Shown here: piece by piece, positions 21,240 through 29,989 of the stretch
Numbering within the stretch: position 1 is the first letter of the stretch
Layout: each line of letters starts with the position of its first letter
Source: an uncultured Desulfobacter sp.
GTDB lineage: Bacteria > Desulfobacterota > Desulfobacteria > Desulfobacterales > Desulfobacteraceae
Length of the DNA: 64,000 nt
Direction: 5' to 3'
NCBI GenBank assembly: GCA_963665095.1
Contig: OY762069.1
Location: forward strand, 6,816,001-6,880,000
The notes under the pieces: model-generated
Database searches by the model: none
Seen by the model: the letters and a program-made list of their open reading frames with translations, nothing else
Told to the model about the DNA's origin: nothing
Program-made: the position numbers and the translations under genes

Positions 21240-21743
21240 ATGAAGTGCCCTTATTGCGGAGAACTGAACACCCGAGTGGTGGACTCTAGACCCGGCAAAA
21301 TCGAATTTGAGGTCCGGCGCAGAAGAGAATGCTTAACCTGTGCCAAGCGGTTTACCACCTATGAACGGGTGGACCAGGTTCCTGTCATGATTGTTAAAAA
21401 AGACAGTCGCAGGGAAGAGTTTGACAGGGATAAAGTGCTTAAAGGTATTCAGAAAGCCTGTGAGAAACGGGCCATCAGCGTGGATCAGATCGAAGAGATC
21501 GTGGACGGCATTGAAAGGGACTTGCGGGAAGGCCGTGACCGGGAAGTCTCCTCCAAGGTGGTGGGAGAAAAAATAATCAATGCCCTTAAGGACCTGGATG
21601 ATGTGGCATATGTCAGATTTGCCTCTGTCTACCGGGAGTTTAAGGATATCACGGATTTTATCCAGGAGCTTGAGCGCCTGCTTCCCCGACAAATTTCCAA
21701 TTCTGCATCCGAACCGGATAAGGACCCCGGACAGCAGCAATGA
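21240..21743 (+). CDS. nrdR: Transcriptional repressor NrdR
   Basis: MKCPYC, VVDSR, RRRRECLTC..RFTTYE, ATP cone, AYVRFASVY. Confidence 0.96.
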   Translation: MKCPYCGELNTRVVDSRPGKIEFEVRRRRECLTCAKRFTTYERVDQVPVMIVKKDSRREEFDRDKVLKGIQKACEKRAISVDQIEEIVDGIERDLREGRDREVSSKVVGEKIINALKDLDDVAYVRFASVYREFKDITDFIQELERLLPRQISNSASEPDKDPGQQQ

Positions 21744-22870
21744 CAGATCACGATTATATGGCAAAAGCCTTGGCACTGGCAGCCCAGGGTAAAGGCTATA
21801 CTTCTCCCAATCCCTGCGTGGGCGCTGTGGTGGTTAAAGATGGCCAGATCATCGGCCAGGGCTTTCATCCCAAAGCAGGCGGACCCCATGCCGAGGTGGT
21901 GGCCATTGATGATGCTGCGGCCCATGCCCCTGAAAAGCTAACCGGATCTACCATCTATGTGACCCTGGAACCCTGCAACCATTTCGGCAAAACCCCGCCA
22001 TGTACCCATAAAATCCTTCAGGCTGGAATCCGCCGGGTGGTAGTGGCCTGCAAGGACCCCAATCCCAATGTCCTTGGCGGTGGCAGCGATTTTTTAAAGG
22101 AAAAGGGGGTTGAAGTGGTGTCAGGTATCCTGGAGGCGCAGGCCAGGGATCTGATTGAAGAGTTCATCTGGTATACCCTGAACAATAAATCTGCTTTTGT
22201 GACATTGAAATGTGCCGCCACCCTTGACGGATATATTGCCACAAGAACCGGCGATTCCCAGTGGATTACAGGCCCGGCTGCCAGGCAGTTCGGACACGAG
22301 CTGCGTCACGAAAACGATGCCATTCTCATTGGATCCGGCACACTGCATGCCGATAATCCCAGCCTTACCGCAAGAGTCCCCGGCAAACAGACCCGTGATC
22401 CGGCCCGGATTATTCTGGACAGTCGTTTGAGTGTCCGGGAAGATGCCAAAGCTATTGTTCAGGCATCTGGTTCCCCAACCATTATTGTAACGGCCCCGGA
22501 CCCGGATCCGGAAAAAGTTGCCCGTCTCAAGAAAAGAGGGGTGCAGATAGTTGAATGCCGCCAAAAAGAAAATCTGCTTGATTTAAATGACCTGATGATT
22601 AAGTTAAAAGGGTTGTCCATTACCAGTATCCTTGTAGAAGGTGGCGGAAAGGTGGCTGCATCGGCCCTTTCAGCAGGTATTGTTAATAAGGTCTGCTTTT
22701 TTTTAGCCCCGAAAATTCTAGGTGGAAATGATGGGATTCCGGTGTTTAAAGGCAGGGGTCCTGAGAAGATAGATGAGGTATTTGAGCTGGCCCGGGTTGC
22801 CACACGGCACCTTGACAGGGACATTTTGATTACAGGCTACCTTGCCCGCAAAGGGGTAGAGAGGTGTTAG
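21740..22870 (+). CDS. ribD: Riboflavin biosynthesis deaminase/reductase
   Basis: SPNPCVG, HAEV, TLEPCNHFGKTPPC, SQWIT, VEGGG. Confidence 0.96.
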   Translation: MTDHDYMAKALALAAQGKGYTSPNPCVGAVVVKDGQIIGQGFHPKAGGPHAEVVAIDDAAAHAPEKLTGSTIYVTLEPCNHFGKTPPCTHKILQAGIRRVVVACKDPNPNVLGGGSDFLKEKGVEVVSGILEAQARDLIEEFIWYTLNNKSAFVTLKCAATLDGYIATRTGDSQWITGPAARQFGHELRHENDAILIGSGTLHADNPSLTARVPGKQTRDPARIILDSRLSVREDAKAIVQASGSPTIIVTAPDPDPEKVARLKKRGVQIVECRQKENLLDLNDLMIKLKGLSITSILVEGGGKVAASALSAGIVNKVCFFLAPKILGGNDGIPVFKGRGPEKIDEVFELARVATRHLDRDILITGYLARKGVERC

Positions 22871-22892
22871 TCTTCTGGCAGGAGCGTGAAAC

Positions 22893-23561
22893 GTGTTTAC
22901 GGGAATTATAGAGAGTCTGGGTATCATCCGGCGCATTGAGACCAAAGGTGAGGGACGGGTGATGGTCATTGCATGTGACCTGGATCTTTCTGCCACAGGC
23001 ATCGGGGACTCCATTGCCGTGAATGGGGCCTGTCTGACAGCCGTCAGTCTTGGAAAAAACGAATTCAAAGTGGACATGGCCCCGGAAACCGTCTCCCGGA
23101 CAACCTTTACCAGCCTCGGGCCGGGATCCCGCGTGAATATTGAACGGGCATTAAAACTGTCAGACCGCATTGACGGCCATCTGGTATCCGGTCATATAGA
23201 CGGTACTGGCGTGGTCACCTCTATTCAGAATCAGAGCAACGCCGTGATTGTTGATATCGAGGTACCGGAAGTGCTGGCTTATGAAATGATCGAAAAGGGG
23301 TCAGTAGCTGTGGACGGGATCAGTCTGACCATCAATCGCTGCTGGATGAACGGCTTTTCCGTGAGTATCATTCCTCACACCGCCAAGATTACAACCATTG
23401 GGTTCAAAAAGGTGGGGGACCGGGTTAATATTGAAACAGATATGCTGGGAAAATATGTAAGAAAGTTTTTAGCCGGGCAGGGGAAAAGTGCCAATGATGC
23501 AGGCGCCGACGAGCGCAACGATATCAGCATCTCATTTCTTGCCCAGAACGGTTTTTTATAA
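22893..23561 (+). CDS. ribE: Riboflavin synthase (alpha chain)
   Basis: MFTGII (GTG start), SIAVNGACLT, GHLVSGHIDG, VNIETD. Confidence 0.95.
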   Translation: MFTGIIESLGIIRRIETKGEGRVMVIACDLDLSATGIGDSIAVNGACLTAVSLGKNEFKVDMAPETVSRTTFTSLGPGSRVNIERALKLSDRIDGHLVSGHIDGTGVVTSIQNQSNAVIVDIEVPEVLAYEMIEKGSVAVDGISLTINRCWMNGFSVSIIPHTAKITTIGFKKVGDRVNIETDMLGKYVRKFLAGQGKSANDAGADERNDISISFLAQNGFL

Positions 23562-23668
23562 CAGCCACGGACTGTCCTGGTTTTCACCCGGAACAAGCCC
23601 GCTGCAAAGATGGAAACTCGTTATCAAGTGTCAGTGGAACAGAGTTTCTTATAGAAGAGGATGGAGAT

Positions 23669-24874
23669 ATGTCGCACTTAACCATTGAACAGGCAATTGA
23701 AGATATTAAGAACGGAAAAATGGTCATTCTGGTAGATGACGAGGACAGGGAAAATGAAGGGGATCTGACCATGGCGGCAGAAGCGGTAACCCCGGAGGCC
23801 ATCAATTTTATGGCTAAGTATGGACGGGGGCTGATCTGCCTTTCTCTGGATTCAACGATTGCCGATAAACTTGATCTGCCCATGATGGTGGACCACAACA
23901 CCTCACAGTTTGGCACAGGGTTTACAGTCTCTATCGAGGCAAAACGCGGCGTGACCACAGGGATCTCAGCTGCTGACCGGGCCACCACCATATTAACAGC
24001 TGTTGCCGATGAAACAAAGCCGTCTGATATTGCAAGGCCTGGACATATTTTTCCTTTACGTGCCCGGGACGGCGGCGTGATGGTGCGTGTGGGTCAGACG
24101 GAAGGCTCGGTTGATTTAGCCCGTCTTGCCGGACTTAAACCGGCAGGCGTTATCTGTGAGATCATGGATGACGACGGTACTATGGCCCGGATGCCTTCCC
24201 TTGAAGAGTTTTCAGAAAAACACGGAGTGGGCATCTGCACAGTGGCTGACCTTGTCCAGTACCGTCTGAAAACGGAAAGTTTTGTGAAACGGGCCGCTGA
24301 AACAGTGATTCCCACCCGAATAGGCGGAGAGTTCAGGATCATTGCCTATGAAAACGATATTGACAATCTGACCCATATTGCACTGGTCAAAGGTGACATT
24401 GATTCGGAAAAAGCCACTCTGGTCCGGGTACATTCTGAGTGCATGACCGGTGATATTTTTTCCTCTTTGCGCTGTGACTGCCAGGACCAGCTCTATCGGG
24501 CCATGAAAATGGTGGATGATGAGGGAAGCGGGGTTATTTTATATCTACGCCAGGAAGGCCGGGGAATTGGACTTGTCAACAAGTTAAAGGCTTATGAATA
24601 CCAGCGCCAGGGGCTTGACACCGTGGAGGCCAATGAAAAACTTGGCTTTGATGCAGATATGCGTGATTACGGGGTAGGTGCCCAGATCCTGGTGGATTTA
24701 GGCGTTCGTAAAATGCGTCTGCTCACCAACAATCCCAAGAAAATGGTTGGTCTGGAAGGGTACGGATTGAGTGTCGTGGAGCAGGTGCCCATTGAGGTGC
24801 CGCCCAACAGTTACAACCAGGGCTATCTTAAATGCAAGCAGGCCAAGATGGGACATTTACTACATATTAAGTAA
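23669..24874 (+). CDS. ribBA: Bifunctional DHBP synthase / GTP cyclohydrolase II
   Basis: [43 protein letters not shown]. Confidence 0.97.
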   Translation: MSHLTIEQAIEDIKNGKMVILVDDEDRENEGDLTMAAEAVTPEAINFMAKYGRGLICLSLDSTIADKLDLPMMVDHNTSQFGTGFTVSIEAKRGVTTGISAADRATTILTAVADETKPSDIARPGHIFPLRARDGGVMVRVGQTEGSVDLARLAGLKPAGVICEIMDDDGTMARMPSLEEFSEKHGVGICTVADLVQYRLKTESFVKRAAETVIPTRIGGEFRIIAYENDIDNLTHIALVKGDIDSEKATLVRVHSECMTGDIFSSLRCDCQDQLYRAMKMVDDEGSGVILYLRQEGRGIGLVNKLKAYEYQRQGLDTVEANEKLGFDADMRDYGVGAQILVDLGVRKMRLLTNNPKKMVGLEGYGLSVVEQVPIEVPPNSYNQGYLKCKQAKMGHLLHIK

Positions 24875-24888
24875 CAAAGGAAACGATT

Positions 24889-25356
24889 ATGCCTAAAATA
24901 ATTGAAGCCAATCTGGATGCCAAGGGGAAGAAATTTGGCATTATTGCCTCCCGGTTTAATGATTTTATTGTAGATAAACTTGTGTCCGGGGCTGTGGATG
25001 CTTTGGTCAGAAGTGGTGCCAAGGACAATGATATAGCCATCCTTAAGGTGCCGGGCGCATTTGAGATCCCCTTGGCTGCCGCCAAAATGGCCGACCAGAA
25101 AAAATATGACGCCATTATATGCTTAGGTGCCGTGATTCGTGGTGCTACTACCCATTATGATTATGTGTGCGCAGAAGTATCCAAGGGAATTGCAGCCGTG
25201 AGCCTGGATGCAAAAGTGCCGGTAATGTTTGGTATCCTGACCACCGAAACCATTGAACAGGCCATTGAACGTGCAGGCACCAAAGCCGGGAACAAAGGTT
25301 TTGATGTGGCGCTAGGGGCTGTTGAGATGGCAAATCTTTGTAAAAATATGGAATAG
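24889..25356 (+). CDS. ribH: 6,7-dimethyl-8-ribityllumazine synthase
   Basis: [40 protein letters not shown]. Confidence 0.96.
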   Translation: MPKIIEANLDAKGKKFGIIASRFNDFIVDKLVSGAVDALVRSGAKDNDIAILKVPGAFEIPLAAAKMADQKKYDAIICLGAVIRGATTHYDYVCAEVSKGIAAVSLDAKVPVMFGILTTETIEQAIERAGTKAGNKGFDVALGAVEMANLCKNME

Positions 25357-25359
25357 TAC

Positions 25360-25773
25360 ATGGGTAACAGGCGCAAATCCCGGGAACTGGCCCTTCAGGC
25401 CCTTTTCGCCCTGGATCTGAATAAAACCGTTTCCAAGCTGCAGCTGGATGAATTTCTTGAACAGCATGGAGAAGATATCAGTGACCCTACCCGTCAGTTT
25501 TTCCAGGAGCTTGTGGATGGCGTGCAGACGGACCGGGAAAAGATAGACAGCCTGCTGGATCAATGGGCCAAAAACTGGAAAATATCCCGGATGCCGGCAG
25601 TGGACAGAAATATCATGCGCATTGCTGTGTTTGAAATGCTGAACCGCCCGGAAATCCCTGCGTCCGTATCCATTAATGAGGCGGTTGAAATCGGTAAAAA
25701 GTTCGGCACCCGGGATTCCGGGCCGTTTATCAACGGGGTGCTGGACCGGATCAGGTCCATGCAGGATCTATAA
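25360..25773 (+). CDS. nusB: Transcription antitermination factor NusB
   Basis: RRKSRELALQ, VDRNIMR, INEAVEIGK, FINGVLD. Confidence 0.96.
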   Translation: MGNRRKSRELALQALFALDLNKTVSKLQLDEFLEQHGEDISDPTRQFFQELVDGVQTDREKIDSLLDQWAKNWKISRMPAVDRNIMRIAVFEMLNRPEIPASVSINEAVEIGKKFGTRDSGPFINGVLDRIRSMQDL

Positions 25774-25788
25774 ACTAAGGAGGACGGT

Positions 25789-26409
25789 TTGATTATACAG
25801 AAACTGGAAGTCGGTCCCATTATGGCCAATTGTTTTATTCTGGGATGTGAGGATACCAAAGAAGCCGCAGTTATTGATCCGGGAGATGATGCAGACCGCA
25901 TATTGATGGTCCTTGCCAAAGCTGAGCTTAAGTTGAAGTACCTGATTAATACCCATGGCCATTTTGATCATGTGGGGGCAAATAAGAGAATGAAGGATGC
26001 CACTGGTGCCCAGATTGCCATTCATCCGGATGATGAGTCCATGATAGTGGACCTGTCCCGCCATGCTGCCATGTTCGGGCTTGCTGCTGAAAATTCTCCG
26101 CCTGCAGATATTTTTCTGAATGACGGCGATAAGATATCCTTTGGCAATATAACCCTGGAAGTTATCCACACCCCGGGTCACTCCCCAGGTGGCGTCAGCC
26201 TCTACACATCCGGCCATTTGTTTGCCGGCGACACCCTTTTTATGGGGTCCATCGGCCGCACGGACTTGCCGGGTGGAAATTACGACACGCTTATTTCGAG
26301 CATTAAGAGCAGGCTTCTGACCCTGGATGAAGATACGATGGTATATACAGGACATGGCCCGGAAACCACCATTGGCAATGAAAAACGGATCAACCCCTTC
26401 CTTAGATAA
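25789..26409 (+). CDS. MBL-fold metallo-hydrolase (glyoxalase II/YcbL-like)
   Basis: THGHFDH, TPGHSPG, GDTLF, GHGPET; TTG start after AAGGAGG. Confidence 0.92.
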   Translation: MIIQKLEVGPIMANCFILGCEDTKEAAVIDPGDDADRILMVLAKAELKLKYLINTHGHFDHVGANKRMKDATGAQIAIHPDDESMIVDLSRHAAMFGLAAENSPPADIFLNDGDKISFGNITLEVIHTPGHSPGGVSLYTSGHLFAGDTLFMGSIGRTDLPGGNYDTLISSIKSRLLTLDEDTMVYTGHGPETTIGNEKRINPFLR

Positions 26410-26421
26410 TGCCCTTACATA

Positions 26422-26477
26422 TTTGTACCCTGGATCATAAATATCTGGCTGTGATATTTATGATCCGGGGTGCGAAA
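26422..26477 (+). terminator. Long hairpin at the end of the rib/nusB operon
   Basis: GTACCCTGGATCATAAATATC-TGGCTGT-GATATTTATGATCCGGGGTGC; 14 perfect bp extended by G:U pairs; weak U-tract. Confidence 0.6.
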
Positions 26478-26690
26478 TTTCCCTTCCTGTCTTTGTGTGT
26501 CGGTGCTCCTTAATCAATTGGTAATCATAATTTCAGGAACCAAACTTGTATTTGGGAACGGGATGAGATACTTTTATTCGATTATAAACCGGCCTGAATT
26601 TTGGGCATCAATCTTTCCCGAAATTTGAAGTCTGTTTTTATTAAATCCATGGAGCACCAAGAGGAATATACAAAATAATTGGATGCACCA

Positions 26691-27407
26691 ATGAAACAGA
26701 TCAATTTAATATTTGCCATACTTTTACTGATGCTTGCCCTGGCTGTGCCTGTAAATGCTTTAGCCGGGCCTAGAGCGGTGCCTGTGGCTCCTTCTTATAA
26801 TTTTGAGGCGGTGCCTGAAGGACAGCATATTTACCATGATTTTGTTATAAAGAACGAAGGTGATGCGCCTTTGAACATCACCAAGGTTCAACCTCCTTGA
26901 GGCTGCGATAGCAAAGCCTATGACAGGCAGATTCCCCCGGGCGGGGAAGGTAAAATCACCATTGGTTTTAAGACCGCTGGATATGGCGGCCGGCAACTTA
27001 GCAAGAAAATTATGGTTTATACCGATGATCCTGGCAATAAAAAAATTTACCTGGTCATAAGTGGGACTGTTAAAGATATCATCAAGGTCGCGCCGCGCAC
27101 TGTCAGTTTAAGCGGTGCCCCGGGCCAGACGCTGAGTGCCGTGGTTAATATCGAGGCCGTTGAAGGCAATGAACTCAATATCCTTGATATCCGTCAAAAG
27201 TTCAATAAGCAGATCAAATCCGAACTTGTCCGGCCTGTTAAAGGTGAAAAAAAATGGCAGGTAAAGATATCTTGCCATTCAGACCAGCCGGCGGATCTCT
27301 ATGATTTTATTACGCTAAAAACCGACAATCCTGATAAACCGTTATTGAAAATCAGGGTGTATGCTATCTATGACCGGGTCACTGGATCGGGTGCATCAGG
27401 GTCTTAA
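26691..27407 (+). CDS. Secreted DUF1573-type (Ig-like) protein, probable selenoprotein with UGA readthrough at 26898-26900
   Basis: ORFs 26679-26900 and 27012-27407 are one frame broken only by TGA; reads FVIKNEGDAPLNITKVQPP*GC...IPPGGEGKI...GYGG...KKIMVYTDDP, with TGA at the first Cys of the family CGC motif. Confidence 0.8.
26901..26948 (+). promoter_or_regulatory. Candidate bacterial SECIS element
   Basis: Hairpins just 3' of the UGA: GGC-TGC-GATA-GCA-AA-GCC (26901-26918), GCCT-ATGAC-AGGC (26916-26928), TTCCCC-CGGGC-GGGGAA (26932-26948). Confidence 0.5.
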
Positions 27408-27453
27408 AGATTTTAAAGGACAACAGCGAAAGCCAAAAAGGAATATAATTATT

Positions 27454-28095
27454 ATGGACGCAGCCCAGATCAAAGCTGTTGTATTTGACTGCGATGGCGT
27501 GATGTTTGATACAGCCCAGGCCAACCGGATATTTTATAATGAAATTCTGGCTGCCTTTGGCAAGCCCTGCCTCAATGACGAGCAGTTCATCAATGTGCAT
27601 ATGATGACGGTTAAGGCGGCTGTGACGTATCTTTTCCCCGAACTGGATGATGTTGTGCCTGTGTATAAGAAGATCAAAAGTATCGGGTATGACACGGTTG
27701 TGCCGTACATGCAGATGGAAGCAGGCCTGACCGAACTTTTAGCCGATCTTAAGGCTGCCGGCATGATCCGCGGTGTGGCCACCAACCGGACCAATACCAT
27801 GGAAAATGTACTTGTTACCCATCATCTTTCAGACGCCTTTGAAATTGTTGTCACGGCATCTGATGTGGTGAACCCGAAACCGGCGCCGGACCAGCTTGAA
27901 AAAATCATGGCTGCGTACGCCCTTCTGCCTCGTCAGATCGTGTTCATAGGGGACTCTGTATATGATCAAAGGGCAGCTGAATCAGCCGGTACCTGGTTTA
28001 TTGCATTTAAGCAGCCCGGGCTTGATGCTCATGCCCATGCTGTCTCCATGAATGAGATTAAAGAACTGTTAAAGATAAGCGAATATAATTCTTGA
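27454..28095 (+). CDS. HAD-family hydrolase (phosphoglycolate phosphatase-like)
   Basis: FDCDGVMFD motif I, ATNR, KPAP, IGDS..D; ATG 27454 avoids overlap with the upstream gene. Confidence 0.9.
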   Translation: MDAAQIKAVVFDCDGVMFDTAQANRIFYNEILAAFGKPCLNDEQFINVHMMTVKAAVTYLFPELDDVVPVYKKIKSIGYDTVVPYMQMEAGLTELLADLKAAGMIRGVATNRTNTMENVLVTHHLSDAFEIVVTASDVVNPKPAPDQLEKIMAAYALLPRQIVFIGDSVYDQRAAESAGTWFIAFKQPGLDAHAHAVSMNEIKELLKISEYNS

Positions 28096-28120
28096 CAAAT
28101 CTGTCAATCATCATTAAATC
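28092..28120 (+). promoter_or_regulatory. Candidate sat promoter with palindromic operator over the -35
   Basis: TTGACA-AATC-TGTCAA perfect inverted repeat; AT-rich TTAAAT follows 16 nt after TTGACA. Confidence 0.55.
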
Positions 28121-28216
28121 TTACGAGATTTTTAAAAAAAATTGAAGTCGGTTGCCGGGTCAAGGCATCTGACACGTTATAATGGCAGTTAACCATAGAT
28201 AAGGAGAATGACGTAT

Positions 28217-29494
28217 ATGTCTAAATTAGTTGCACCCCACGGTGGTAAAGGTCTTGTATGCTGCAAGCTCGAAGGCGCAGAACTGGAAGCTGAACTGAAA
28301 AAAGCCGCAGGTCTGAAAAAAATTGAAATTTCTTCCCAGGTTAAAGGCGATCTGATCATGCTGGGCATTGGTGGTTTCTCTCCGCTGAACGGCTTCATGA
28401 CCAAGGCTGACTGGAAAGGCGTTTGCGAAGACTTCCTGATGGCCGACGGTACTTTCTGGCCGGTTCCCGTTATGCTTGACGCTGCTGCTGATGATGCAGC
28501 AGAGATCAATGTTGGCGACGAAATCACCCTGGAAAGAAATGGTGAGATCTATGCTACCATGAAGATCGAAGAAAAGTTCGAGATGAGCGAAGATGAGAAG
28601 AAATGGGAATGCGAGAAAGTTTACAAAGGTCATGGCGAAGAGTCTGCTGACGATTGCTTCTGGAAAATCGCTATGGAAGATCATCCTGGCGTCCAGATGG
28701 TAATGGCCAGAAAAGAGTTCTGCCTGGCAGGTCCTGTAAAAGTTCTCTCCGAAGGCGAATTCCCCGAAAAATTCAAAGGCGTTTACCTGACTCCTGCTGA
28801 AACCCGCGCTATCATGGATGAAAAAGGCTGGGCAAACGTTGCTTCCATGCAGCTGAGAAACCCCATGCACAGATCCCACGAGCATCTGTGCAAGATCGCC
28901 CTTGACGTATGTGACGGCGTTCTGATTCATTCCCTGATCGGTAATCTCAAACCCGGCGATATCCCTGCAGAAGTACGTATCAAATGCATCGACACCCTGA
29001 TCAAGGGTTACTTTGTACCGGAACACGTTATCAACGGCGGATATCCTCTGGACATGAGATATGCTGGTCCCCGTGAAGGCCTGCTGCATGCTACCTTCCG
29101 TCAGAACTACGGTGTTAACAGAATGATCATCGGCCGTGACCATGCCGGCGTAGGTGACTTCTACACCCTGTTCGAAGCACAGGAAATTTTCGACACCATT
29201 CCCATGCCGGAAGAAGAAGGCAAACGCCTGCTGTGCGAGCCTCTGAAAATTGACTGGACCTTCTACTGCTACAAATGTGACGGCATGGCTTCCATGAGAA
29301 CCTGCCCCCATGGCAAAGATGACCGCGTAATCCTCTCCGGTACCAAACTGCGTCACGCCCTGTCCAACGGTGAGCCCGTTGTTGATCACTTTGGCCGTGA
29401 AGAAGTTCTGGTTATCCTTAGAGAGTACTATGCCAGCCTGACCGAAAAGGTTGAGGTTAAACTGCAGAGCCATGCAGAAGGCACCAAGATGTAA
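28217..29494 (+). CDS. sat: Sulfate adenylyltransferase (dissimilatory type)
   Basis: [55 protein letters not shown]; strong codon bias. Confidence 0.97.
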   Translation: MSKLVAPHGGKGLVCCKLEGAELEAELKKAAGLKKIEISSQVKGDLIMLGIGGFSPLNGFMTKADWKGVCEDFLMADGTFWPVPVMLDAAADDAAEINVGDEITLERNGEIYATMKIEEKFEMSEDEKKWECEKVYKGHGEESADDCFWKIAMEDHPGVQMVMARKEFCLAGPVKVLSEGEFPEKFKGVYLTPAETRAIMDEKGWANVASMQLRNPMHRSHEHLCKIALDVCDGVLIHSLIGNLKPGDIPAEVRIKCIDTLIKGYFVPEHVINGGYPLDMRYAGPREGLLHATFRQNYGVNRMIIGRDHAGVGDFYTLFEAQEIFDTIPMPEEEGKRLLCEPLKIDWTFYCYKCDGMASMRTCPHGKDDRVILSGTKLRHALSNGEPVVDHFGREEVLVILREYYASLTEKVEVKLQSHAEGTKM

Positions 29495-29533
29495 GCTGGC
29501 CTTCCCCGGCTGACATCAGCTTAATTTGAAGTC

Positions 29534-29570
29534 AAAGCGGCGCTTTCCCTGGTGGGGAAGCGCCGCTTTT
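29534..29570 (+). terminator. Intrinsic terminator after sat
   Basis: AAAGCGGCGCTTTCCC-TGGT-GGGGAAGCGCCGCTTTT. Confidence 0.88.
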
Positions 29571-29647
29571 GGTCTTTACTCTTAACACTGTTAAACGATT
29601 ACAAACATGCAAATCAAAATGAATCAACCCAAAGTGATGCGGGGCAT

Positions 29648-29883
29648 ATGCAATTCAAAATTCTTGTTTTTTTTCTAATGATAATCCTTGTTTGTTGCCC
29701 TTCAGCTTTTGCATGTACCAGCTTTGCTTTATACGCAATCAAACGTTTTACGGTATGAATTTTGATTATTTCTCGACTCCCATTAAATTTCTAATCGAAT
29801 CCGGGTTGGGAATGAATATATTTCATCTGTCCTTCTTATATGACCAAACCGTTAAGAATTCTGAATATAAGGGATGCGTTTAG
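29648..29883 (+). pseudogene. Frameshifted, truncated relic of a secreted Ntn hydrolase (choloylglycine hydrolase-like)
   Basis: Signal peptide then CTSFALY in one frame; NQTFYGMNFDY continues in another after a 1-nt loss near 29735; stop at 29883. Confidence 0.65.
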
Positions 29884-29989
29884 TATTATAATAGATCAGG
29901 CGATCTGCATATATGAAGTAGACACGATTCTTTGTGGCAACTTTTTTAATAGAAGCAGCCTTTGAATCAGTTCAATCAATAAAAATTGA

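Noticed and set aside
23562..23668. Possible FMN riboswitch in the ribE-ribBA spacer
   Set aside because: Only a modest hairpin (GAAACTC/GAGTTTC); RFN conserved blocks are absent
27361..27453. N-terminal extension of the HAD hydrolase
   Set aside because: Overlaps the upstream gene and precedes motif I without conserved features
28226..29473. 415-aa antisense ORF over sat
   Set aside because: Mirror frame of a strongly codon-biased gene; no recognisable motifs
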